The notes below the pieces were generated by a model. That model was given only the letters and a program-made list of their open reading frames with translations. It did no database searches and had not been told where the DNA came from. A program made the translations under genes and the position numbers. This document shows positions 1-9,209 of a stretch of 32,174 bases of DNA, piece by piece (positions within the stretch are counted from its first letter, which is position 1; each line of letters begins with the position of its first letter). This DNA is from Polyangiaceae bacterium (lineage in GTDB: Bacteria > Myxococcota_A > Polyangia > Polyangiales > Polyangiaceae): NCBI GenBank assembly GCA_044222475.1, contig JBGANF010000096.1, positions 1 to 32,174 on the forward strand. Direction: 5' to 3'.

Positions 1-1
1 C

Positions 2-406
2 GAGTTCGCGCCGGCGATCGCCCATTTGCCCGGTTTCGTCGGGACGCACCACATCGGTGCGAGCACCGAGCAAGCGCAGAACGCGATCGCGGAGGAAGCC
101 GTCCGCATCGTGCGCGAGTTCGTGACCACCGGGCACGCGCCCAACTGCGTCAACATCGAGCGCCACGCTCCGGCGAAGGTGCAGCTGCTCGTGCGCCACT
201 ACGACAAGGTCGGCGTGCTCGCGTCGGTGCTCGAGATCGTGCGCAAGTACGGGCTCAACGTCGAGGACATGAACAACACGATCTTCGCCGGAGCCAAGGC
301 AGCCGTCGCCGTCTTGAAGCTCTCGGCCGCACCGCCCGACGGCGTGATCGAGGAGCTCTCGAAGCTCGAAGGTCAGGTCATCCAGGTCTCGGTGAAGCCG
401 CTGTAG
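2..406 (+). CDS. serA: D-3-phosphoglycerate dehydrogenase-like 2-hydroxyacid dehydrogenase, C-terminal part with ACT domain (5' end outside window)
   Basis: THHIGASTEQAQ matches the TPHIGASTxEAQ catalytic motif, followed by an ACT domain (HYDKVGVLASV). The frame is open from the window edge. Confidence 0.75.
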   Translation, partial: EFAPAIAHLPGFVGTHHIGASTEQAQNAIAEEAVRIVREFVTTGHAPNCVNIERHAPAKVQLLVRHYDKVGVLASVLEIVRKYGLNVEDMNNTIFAGAKAAVAVLKLSAAPPDGVIEELSKLEGQVIQVSVKPL

Positions 407-1231
407 TCAGGGGTTCGTGACCCCGAACGAGTGCACGCCGACGCCCCAGTCGGCCGCCTTGTCGGTGTCTGCGTTCCCCTTGCGCGCCACGCTCGCGCCG
501 GTCGCGGTGGTGCCGGTCCCGTTCCAGTCGGCCGAGATGCTCTCGGCGAGGAGGTTCGTGTTGCACGGGTTGCCGCCGCAGTTCGCCGGGAGCCACGCAC
601 CGGCCCCCTGGAGCGCCATGAGCTCGCCGAAATACGTCCCAGGAGACGCCGTGCCCATCCGATAGAACGCGACGCCGTCGAGGATGGTCGAGTTCGGCGC
701 GCGGAGAACGAGCAGCCGGCCGGAGTACGTGATGCCGGTCGTGCCACCGCGCACGTCCCACGCGCCGGTGTAGCAAGCCGCGTTGATGCAGGTCGTCTTC
801 GACGCCGTCTCGTCGGTGACGGCGATCGGCGGCGTGAGGTGGACGACGATCAAGTCGCCCGTCGCCACGTTGATCGCGGGGAGCGTCGCCAGGACGACCT
901 TGGTGTTGATGTCTTGCTCGAGCGTGATGCCCGCGGTGGCGCCGCCCACCGACGCGCGGAGCTCGATCAGGTCGAGGCTGCTCGTGATGTTCGGGTTGAC
1001 CTCGTTGATCTTCAGGATCGCGACGCCCGCGCCGGCGTCGGGCCCGGAGTCCACTTGCGGCTTCGCATCCGTTGGCGCGTCGACCGCGCCGGCGTCCTGC
1101 GTGTCCGCGTCAGGAAAGGCGGTGACGTCGCTCTTGGCGTCGGTCGTCGGGCCGGCGTCGTCCTCCACTTGGACCGCGCTCGTGGCGCAGGAGAAAACGC
1201 CGGCGAAGCAAAGCACGTGAAGGAGCCGCAC
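407..1231 (-). CDS. Lipoprotein with DAG-rich linker and lamin-tail-like (LTD) extracellular domain
   Basis: Signal peptide ending VFSC, then an acidic DAG/DSG linker, then LKINEV..LDLIEL typical of LTD starts. Confidence 0.7.
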   Translation of the reverse strand: MRLLHVLCFAGVFSCATSAVQVEDDAGPTTDAKSDVTAFPDADTQDAGAVDAPTDAKPQVDSGPDAGAGVAILKINEVNPNITSSLDLIELRASVGGATAGITLEQDINTKVVLATLPAINVATGDLIVVHLTPPIAVTDETASKTTCINAACYTGAWDVRGGTTGITYSGRLLVLRAPNSTILDGVAFYRMGTASPGTYFGELMALQGAGAWLPANCGGNPCNTNLLAESISADWNGTGTTATGASVARKGNADTDKAADWGVGVHSFGVTNP

Positions 1232-1249
1232 GTACGTAGTGTCTCACAT

Positions 1250-2355
<1,106 letters not shown>

Positions 2356-2359
<4 letters not shown>

Positions 2360-3189
2360 GTTCGTCTCCTCTTCTTCCACGCGTGCGACGCGCCGAGCCC
2401 GAGGGCATCGAGCGCGGGCACGATCTCGTCTTCGAAGATCCGCTTCACGCACACGCGCTGGCCGGCGGTGTCGAGCACGCCGAGCGCATGCGCCGCCTTG
2501 CCGCTCCCCCGCGGTGCGTCCCGACCATGGGCGAAGCGCGACTCGGCGCTCGCGACCATCTCGCCCGCGCGATCGGCGATGCGCTGGCGCTCGCCGGCGG
2601 TCCACTGCGGGGCGCGCCACGCGAGGTAGCGCCACCCGAAGCGCGCGTGATGGACCTCGTCGGCGACGATCGCCGAGTAGTGCGCCTTCGCGACGGGATC
2701 GCGCGTGAGCCGACGCGACGCATCGAGGAGCGCGTACGCGAGGGTCTCGCCGATGGCGCTCACCTCGGCGACGAGCACGTCGAGGTGCTCCTGCGAGAGC
2801 TCGGCCGGCCAGGTCGGCAGCTCCTTCGCCTCGATCGCGTGCGTCACCTCGTGACCGGCGAGGAGCGATGCGAAGCGCAGCGCTTGATCGGCGTGCCGCA
2901 TCTCGTCGCTGGGGATGCGGCACACGGCCGCCACGAGATCGAACGGCACGCCGAGCCGCGCAGCCGCGCCGGCCATGCGCGCGAAGATCTCGATCGCTCC
3001 GTACTCGCCCCACGCGAGCTTCGTCTGCGCGTCGACCGCGAGCGCGAGCGCGGGCGCGGGATATTTCGTGCGGTCGAACGAACGCCAAGGGATGCGAACC
3101 GCGGCTCGACCAGGTCGCTCGGTCACGAGCTTGTCGTAGCGACCTTCGTCGCCCGACTCGGAGAGGACGCGGCGGAGGAGCATCGTCAC
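2356..3189 (-). CDS. Ferritin-like diiron-carboxylate protein, cytoplasmic (candidate oxidase)
   Basis: Ligand pattern E(YGA)...DEMRH...E(TLA)...DEVHH. No signal peptide. GTGA overlaps with both neighbours. Confidence 0.8.
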
Positions 3190-3404
3190 GGTTTCGCCTT
3201 CGCGTCCGCGGGCGTGCCGGTTCCTGCATCGGTGACCACGTACGGTTTCGGTGAAGCGTCGGGGACGAACGCTTGCTGCGCGACCGGCCCATACTCGAGC
3301 TCGGAAGATCCTCGGTGACAGCCGGTCAAGAGCGGAATCGCCGTCGCCGTCAGCGCCACGCGGAACACGACCTTGGGTACGAGACGCGGACGCCGTTTGG
3401 CCAC
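3186..3404 (-). CDS. Small lipoprotein, paralogue D (72 aa), one VAQQAF motif
   Basis: GTG start, shared leader AKRRPRLVPKVVFRVALTATAIPLLTGC, lipobox LTGC. Confidence 0.8.
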   Translation of the reverse strand: MAKRRPRLVPKVVFRVALTATAIPLLTGCHRGSSELEYGPVAQQAFVPDASPKPYVVTDAGTGTPADAKAKP

Positions 3405-3418
3405 GGGCGCAGCATACC

Positions 3419-3907
3419 TCAGTGCTTCGGCGGCGGCGTTCCCGGCGGACCCGAGCTCGCCTTCGGCAGCTCGTACCCTCGGTACGCCACGCCTTCGAGC
3501 TCGTATCCGCGATAGGCGACGCCCTTCGGCGGAGGCGCCGTCAGCGCCGGGCCCGCCAGCGAAGCGTCTCGCTTCGCGCCCGCATCGAGCTTGCCGGCGT
3601 CGACCTTGCCCGCATCGACGCTCGCGGCATCGACCTTGACGTCGGCCGACGCGTCGACGGGCGGCGGGTTCACGTAGGCGGGAGCGGCGACGGTGGGCTG
3701 GGGCAGCAACGCAGACGACGCATCCGCTTCGGGTGGGTTGTCGTATCCGCGCTGCGCGACTGGGTTGCCCACCTGATTCCCGTAGCCGGTGTTGGCGACG
3801 GTGTAGTGCTGGGACGGGCAGCCCGCCAGCAGCGGCACCGCGGTTGCCGTCACCGCGACCCGGAACACGACCTTCGGAACGAGACGCGGGCGTCGCTTGG
3901 CGGCCAT
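3419..3907 (-). CDS. Small lipoprotein, paralogue C (162 aa), five VAxx[GA]Y motifs
   Basis: Leader MAAKRRPRLVPKVVFRVAVTATAVPLLAGC; motifs VANTGY, VAQRGY, VAAPAY, VAYRGY x2. Confidence 0.85.
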   Translation of the reverse strand: MAAKRRPRLVPKVVFRVAVTATAVPLLAGCPSQHYTVANTGYGNQVGNPVAQRGYDNPPEADASSALLPQPTVAAPAYVNPPPVDASADVKVDAASVDAGKVDAGKLDAGAKRDASLAGPALTAPPPKGVAYRGYELEGVAYRGYELPKASSGPPGTPPPKH

Positions 3908-3928
3908 CGGCCGAGCATACACGCACTT

Positions 3929-4285
3929 CTATCGAGTGTACCCGCGCGCCGCGACGCCCTTCACCGGCGGCGGCTCGACGTCGGGCTTCACCGCAGCGTC
4001 GAGACGCGGTTGCGAACGGTCGTAGGCGATCTCGGCGACGCCCATCGGGACGCATGCGAATCCGCCGTCATTGCCGACGCGGACCACACCGCTGCCTGGA
4101 GGACACGCAGGCCCGGCGTCGACCGGATACGCCTGTACGGCGACGCCGTACGAAGAGACCGCGACCGGGTTGTCGATCCGTCCATCCTCGTGTTTGCAGC
4201 CCGTCGCGATGGCGGGGATCGCCGTCGCGCCGAGGGCGACTTGGAACACGATCTTCGGGACGAGGCGCGGACGTCGCTTGGCCAT
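3929..4285 (-). CDS. Small lipoprotein, paralogue B (118 aa), four motifs
   Basis: Leader MAKRRPRLVPKIVFQVALGATAIPAIATGC; motifs VAVSSY, VAVQAY, VAEIAY, VAARGY. Confidence 0.85.
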   Translation of the reverse strand: MAKRRPRLVPKIVFQVALGATAIPAIATGCKHEDGRIDNPVAVSSYGVAVQAYPVDAGPACPPGSGVVRVGNDGGFACVPMGVAEIAYDRSQPRLDAAVKPDVEPPPVKGVAARGYTR

Positions 4286-4299
4286 GCCCTCAGCGTACC

Positions 4300-4800
4300 T
4301 CACGGCTTCTGCGGTGGGCCGTTCACGTATCCGCGGTAGGCGACGCCGAGCGGCGGTGGCGGCGTGGGCGCCGTGCCGATCGTGGAGATGTCGCGTGCTC
4401 CGGAGTCGGGCTTGGCCGCGGCACGCTTGCCAGCGTCGAGGCTGGGCGCGACGGCCTTGGCGTCGGCGGAAGCATCGACCGAAGTAGAGACCGTGGTTCC
4501 CGAGTCCAGCGACGGTTTGGGCCGATCGTAGGCGACCGCGGCGACGCCCATCGCGACGCACGCGAAGCCACCGTCACCGCTCTCGCCGACGGGGACGCGC
4601 GCAGTGCCGGCTCCACACGAATCTGCCGGCGGCGGATTCACGTACGCCGGAGCACCGACTCCGTACCCCTGCGCTGCAACCGGGTTGTCGATCTGTCGAT
4701 CCTCGTGCTTGCAGCCCATCGCGATCGCTGGGATCGCCGTCGCACCGAGCGCGACCTGAAACACGATCTTGGGCACGAGGCGCGGACGTCGCTTCGCCAT
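4300..4800 (-). CDS. Small lipoprotein, paralogue A (166 aa), four motifs
   Basis: Leader MAKRRPRLVPKIVFQVALGATAIPAIAMGC; motifs VAAQGY, VGAPAY, VAAVAY, VAYRGY. Confidence 0.85.
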   Translation of the reverse strand: MAKRRPRLVPKIVFQVALGATAIPAIAMGCKHEDRQIDNPVAAQGYGVGAPAYVNPPPADSCGAGTARVPVGESGDGGFACVAMGVAAVAYDRPKPSLDSGTTVSTSVDASADAKAVAPSLDAGKRAAAKPDSGARDISTIGTAPTPPPPLGVAYRGYVNGPPQKP

Positions 4801-4817
4801 GGGCGGGAGCATACACG

Positions 4818-6953
4818 TCAAAAGTGCAGGACGGACACGACGGAGCTTCGTTGGTCGGTCCAACTTCGAAAGCCCGCCCGTGGCGTGAGGGGCTCCCACG
4901 CCGTGCCGAGGCCACCGAGCACCGCGGCGTCCTTCGACATGGCGACCCACACCGACGGCGCACGACCGGCGTCGGTCTCGGACTCGGCGAGGTTGAAGTC
5001 CTGACGAATGCGCGCGGTCCATCCTTGCGACGCGGCGAGCGCGGCGAGGACGGGTCGAAGATCGATGCTTCGGTTGGAGATGTGCCACCCCATGATCCCG
5101 CCATCGGCCATCTTCGACGTGTAGAGCGCCATCGCCTCTTCCGTCACGAGGTGAACCGGGATCGCGTCGCTGCTGAACGCGTCGATCAACAGGACGCCAT
5201 AGCCGCTGCGCTCCTTCGCGATCTCGAGGCGCGCGTCGCCGAGGCAGATACGCAGACCTTGGTCTTCGGGGAACGCGTCCGAGAGGTACGTGAAGAACGT
5301 CTTGTCGCGCGCGATGCGAACGACCGCCGGGTTGATCTCGAAGAACGTCCAGTCTTCACCGGGCTTCGCGTACGCGCCGATGGTCCCTGCTCCGAGACCG
5401 ATCACCCCGATCCGTCGCGGGAGCGCGGGCGTCTCGCCGTACGTGCGGAACACGTCACCAACCGGCCCCTTGCGGGTGTAGTACGAGCGCGGCTCGCTCT
5501 TTCCGGCTGGATCCACGGATTGGATCCCGTGAATCGTGGTGCCGTGGTTGATCTGCGTCCACCGGCCGCGCGGATCGTGGGTCACGGTGAGCGAGCCGAA
5601 GAAGTTGCGGTCGCGGAAGAGCACTTCGCCGAACGGACCCGGGAAGAACGTCGCGCCGAGGAGCACCGCGCCGATCGCCGATGCGAAGCGGCGAGGACGA
5701 TCGAGGAAGCGGTACACGAGCAGCAGCGGGACGATCGGGAGAACGGTGATGGTGCTGCGCAAGCTGATCGGAAGCCGACGCGCGACGAAGCCGAGCGCGA
5801 TCGTGCCGAGCAACGCGACCACCGGGATGATCACGTCGCGCCGCTGCTGCTCGGCGCTGTCGTCGCCTTCCTTCTTCTCGAGCACCGGCCGCGCGAGAAG
5901 CGCGAGCACGACGCACGCGGGGTACTCGATCGCGCGCGTCGCGATCACCGGCGTGACGAGCGCCACCGACACGCCGCCGATGAATCCGCCGACCGACATC
6001 CAGACGTAGAACTCGTTGAGCCGACCGGGCTCGGGACGCTCGCGCGCGAGCTCGCCGTGGCACAGCATGCACGCGCCGAAGAACCCGAGGACGTGGAGCG
6101 GGATCACGGCGTAGATCGGATCCGTCGCCGAGGTGGCGAGCGCATACGCCGCCGCGGTCGCGAGGAGCGGAAACACTCGGTTGACGCGAGCGTGAGGGAT
6201 CGGCGGCTTCGTCGCGAAGACGAAGACGAAGCTGAGCAGGTACACCGCGAGCGGAGCGACCCAGAGAAACGGCGTCGGCGTCACGTCGGTCGTGATGTGC
6301 GCGGTGACGGCGACGAGGTACGCCGACGGCACGGCCGACAGGAAGATCCAGCGCCACCGCTGCTTGCTCGGTACCGGCGGCGGCGGTTTTTCGTCCGCTT
6401 TGGTCTTCGCGAGCCGCAGCGTCGCGACCGCGCACCCGATGACGAGGATCGCGAGCCCGACGTATCCGAGGCGGAGCATCGACGCTTGCTCGTCGAGACC
6501 GAAGCGAGGCTCGAAGAGGAGCGGGTACAGCGCGAGCGCGCCGAGCGAGCCGACGTTGCTCGCGGCGTAGAGGAAGTACGGATCGGCCGCGCGCTTGGCG
6601 CCGGTCGTGGAGTACCAGCGCTGCAACGTGGGCGCGATCGTCGACAGGGCGAAGAAGGGAAACCCGGCCGCGATCGTGAGCACCGCGAGGACCTGTCCCA
6701 CCGGACCGTAGCTGGCGAAGCGGTCGGCGAGCCGCTCGTCGATGACGATCGGCAGCGCGAGCAGCGGCCCACCGACGACGACGATCTGGAGGATCGCCTG
6801 TCGCTTCGGCCCGAGGAGCCGCAACGTGCCGAGCGCGAACACGTAGCCGAGCAGCAGCGCGCCCTGGAAGAACACGAGGCACGTGACCATCGGCTCGATG
6901 CAGAACAGCAAGAAAGCGCTCACGAGGAGCGTGATCGAGAAGAGGATCGGCAT
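4818..6953 (-). CDS. Multi-pass membrane protein fused to a spermidine-synthase-like SAM-dependent domain (copy 2, with a 16-aa in-frame deletion)
   Basis: Many TM helices, CHGELARERP, HGTTIHG, VIGLGAG SAM motif, GDAR, DAFSSDAIPVHL. Confidence 0.85.
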   Translation of the reverse strand: MPILFSITLLVSAFLLFCIEPMVTCLVFFQGALLLGYVFALGTLRLLGPKRQAILQIVVVGGPLLALPIVIDERLADRFASYGPVGQVLAVLTIAAGFPFFALSTIAPTLQRWYSTTGAKRAADPYFLYAASNVGSLGALALYPLLFEPRFGLDEQASMLRLGYVGLAILVIGCAVATLRLAKTKADEKPPPPVPSKQRWRWIFLSAVPSAYLVAVTAHITTDVTPTPFLWVAPLAVYLLSFVFVFATKPPIPHARVNRVFPLLATAAAYALATSATDPIYAVIPLHVLGFFGACMLCHGELARERPEPGRLNEFYVWMSVGGFIGGVSVALVTPVIATRAIEYPACVVLALLARPVLEKKEGDDSAEQQRRDVIIPVVALLGTIALGFVARRLPISLRSTITVLPIVPLLLVYRFLDRPRRFASAIGAVLLGATFFPGPFGEVLFRDRNFFGSLTVTHDPRGRWTQINHGTTIHGIQSVDPAGKSEPRSYYTRKGPVGDVFRTYGETPALPRRIGVIGLGAGTIGAYAKPGEDWTFFEINPAVVRIARDKTFFTYLSDAFPEDQGLRICLGDARLEIAKERSGYGVLLIDAFSSDAIPVHLVTEEAMALYTSKMADGGIMGWHISNRSIDLRPVLAALAASQGWTARIRQDFNLAESETDAGRAPSVWVAMSKDAAVLGGLGTAWEPLTPRAGFRSWTDQRSSVVSVLHF

Positions 6954-6955
6954 CG

Positions 6956-9196
6956 TCAGCGACCCCAGCGGAGGACGGGTACGAGCGACGAGCGCTCGTC
7001 GGTCCAGACGTGAAACCCCGCCGGTGTCTCGGGAAGTGGATGCCAGCGTTCGCCGAGGCGGTCAATCATCGCGCGATCGGAGCTCATCACGACCCACTCC
7101 GAGGGGAAACCGCCTTCGGCCATGTCGGCGGCGGAGACGTCGAGGTTCTGCCGTGTCGCCGCGAAGAACCCGGCGTGCTTCGCGAGCCCGCCCAGCACCG
7201 GTCGAAGGTCCACGTTTCGGTTCGAGATGTTCCAGAGGATGAGCGCTCCGGGGGCTAGCTTCGTGACGTAGAGGTCCATCGCCTCTTCGGTCAGAAGGTG
7301 GATCGGCACGGCGTCCGAGTTGAACGCGTCCATGAGGACGAGCCCGTACCCACCAGGGAGCTTCGCGATCTCGAGGCGTGCGTCGCCCAGGACGACGGTC
7401 TTGCCCGCCCCGTCGGGAAACGCGTCCGCCAGGTACGAGAAGTACGTCGTGTCCTCGGCGATGGTGATCGCCGAGGGGTTGATCTCGTAGAAGACCCACT
7501 CTTCGCCTTTCTTCGCGTACGCAGCGACCGCGCCCGCGCCGAGACCGACGACCGCGACTCGCTTCGGCAGGTCGCTGCTCTGGAACGTGCGGAAAATCTC
7601 GCCGACGGGACCGGAGCGCGCGTGGTATCCGCGCGGCTCGCGCCGGCCCGCGGGATCGATCGACTGCCGCCCGTGGATGGTCGACCCGTGATTGAACTGC
7701 GTCCACTTCGTACCATCGTGGGACACGCTCACCGCGCCGAAGAAGTTTCGCTCGCGGTGGTAGATCTCGCCGGCGCGGCTCGGGAGAAAACCCGCCGCCA
7801 ACGCGTAGGCCGCGGCGACCAACAGCAAGCGCCGCGGCTCGGCGCGGGCGCGAAAGAGGAACACGAGCGACGGCAGCGGCGCGAGCACGAGGACGAGCGG
7901 CACCGCGAGGCCGATCGCGCGTGACGCGAACGCGAGCCCGACGACGAGCGCGCCGGCTGCGAGGGCGATCACGACGTCGCCGCGGAGCGCGGTGCGCGCC
8001 ACCTTCCAATCGGGGCCGAAGGCGACGACCGAGAGGACGACGCACACCGGGTACTCGATCTCGCGCACGACGAGCGCCGGCACGACGAGCGCGACGAGGA
8101 TCCCGCCGAGGAACCCGCCGACCGACTGCCACACGTAGAACTCGTTGAGCCGCACCGCCTCGGGGCGGTCGCGCGCGAGCTCGCCGTGGCAGAGCATGCA
8201 CGCGCCGAAGAACGCGAGGAGGTGGATGGGCAAGAGCGCCCACGCCGGATCGCTCGCCGCGCCAGCGAGGCAGTAGAGGACGGCGACGACCGCGACCGGG
8301 TAGTAGCGCTTCACGAGATCGTGCGAGATCGGCGGCTTCGTCGCGAACACGAGGACGAAGCTCCCCAGGTACACCGCGAGCGGCAGCGTCCACAGGAGCG
8401 GCACCGGAGCGACGTCGGTGGTGAGGTGCGTCGTCACCGCGACGAGGTACGCCGACGGCACGAGCGCGAGGAACACCCAGCGCGCGCGGCGTTTGCCGGT
8501 CACCGGTCGCGCCTCGACTTCGCCCTCGGTCGCCTTCGTCGCTTCGGCGACCTTGCCTCGGCCACGCCACAGCACGACGGCGCACGCGACCGTCAAAGCC
8601 ACCAGCACGAAGTACCCGAAGCGAAGGAACCTCGATTGCTCCTTCAGGCCGAGCGCGGGCTCCACGAAGAGCGGGTACGCGATGAGCGCGCCGAGCGAGC
8701 CGAGGTTGCTTGCGGCATACAAGAAGTAAGGGTCCGACGAACCCTTGGCCCCGGTCGCGGAGAACCAGCGCTGGAGGGTCGGCGCCATCGTCGAGAGCGT
8801 GAAGAACGGGAGCCCGACGCCGAGCGAGAGGACGCAGAGCACCTGCATGACCGGTCCGAGGCCGGCGTACTTCTCGGCCAAGTGCTCGTCGATCGCGATC
8901 GGCATCACGAGGAGCGGCGCGCCGACCGCGATCAGCTGGACGACGCCTTGGCGCTTGGGTCCGAGGAGCTGCGTCGATCCGAGCGCGAAGACGTAGCCGA
9001 GCAGCAGCGCGCCCTGGAAGAACACGAGGCACGTGCTCCACACCGCGGGGACCCCGCCGAGCAACGGCAGGAGCATCTTGGCCACCATCGGCTCGACGCA
9101 GAACAGGAGGAACGCGCTGACGAGGAGCGTCGATGCGTAGAGCACGGTCGCGAAACCGACGGGGTGACGCGCGGTGCGGTCGCTTGTGGTCGACAC
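6956..9196 (-). CDS. Multi-pass membrane protein fused to a spermidine-synthase-like SAM-dependent domain (copy 1)
   Basis: EPMVAKMLLPLLGG..VW, CHGELARDRP, VVGLGAG, DAFNSDAVPIHL; tandem paralogue of 4818-6953. Confidence 0.88.
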   Translation of the reverse strand: MSTTSDRTARHPVGFATVLYASTLLVSAFLLFCVEPMVAKMLLPLLGGVPAVWSTCLVFFQGALLLGYVFALGSTQLLGPKRQGVVQLIAVGAPLLVMPIAIDEHLAEKYAGLGPVMQVLCVLSLGVGLPFFTLSTMAPTLQRWFSATGAKGSSDPYFLYAASNLGSLGALIAYPLFVEPALGLKEQSRFLRFGYFVLVALTVACAVVLWRGRGKVAEATKATEGEVEARPVTGKRRARWVFLALVPSAYLVAVTTHLTTDVAPVPLLWTLPLAVYLGSFVLVFATKPPISHDLVKRYYPVAVVAVLYCLAGAASDPAWALLPIHLLAFFGACMLCHGELARDRPEAVRLNEFYVWQSVGGFLGGILVALVVPALVVREIEYPVCVVLSVVAFGPDWKVARTALRGDVVIALAAGALVVGLAFASRAIGLAVPLVLVLAPLPSLVFLFRARAEPRRLLLVAAAYALAAGFLPSRAGEIYHRERNFFGAVSVSHDGTKWTQFNHGSTIHGRQSIDPAGRREPRGYHARSGPVGEIFRTFQSSDLPKRVAVVGLGAGAVAAYAKKGEEWVFYEINPSAITIAEDTTYFSYLADAFPDGAGKTVVLGDARLEIAKLPGGYGLVLMDAFNSDAVPIHLLTEEAMDLYVTKLAPGALILWNISNRNVDLRPVLGGLAKHAGFFAATRQNLDVSAADMAEGGFPSEWVVMSSDRAMIDRLGERWHPLPETPAGFHVWTDERSSLVPVLRWGR

Positions 9197-9209
9197 CAGC
9201 CGCAGGGTA

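Larger units (their letters stand above)
3411..4813 (-). promoter_or_regulatory. Four putative -10 hexamers (TATGCT/TACGCT) 6-7 nt upstream of each paralogue start, consistent with leaderless promoters
   Basis: TATGCT at 3411-3416, 3914-3919 and 4808-4813; TACGCT at 4292-4297. No strong Shine-Dalgarno sequence in the spacers. Confidence 0.55.

Noticed and set aside
3340..4800. Four roughly 70-90 nt DNA repeats as a CRISPR or REP array
   Set aside because: They are the coding leaders of the paralogues, with third-position variation and irregular 380-520 nt spacing; no cas genes are present.
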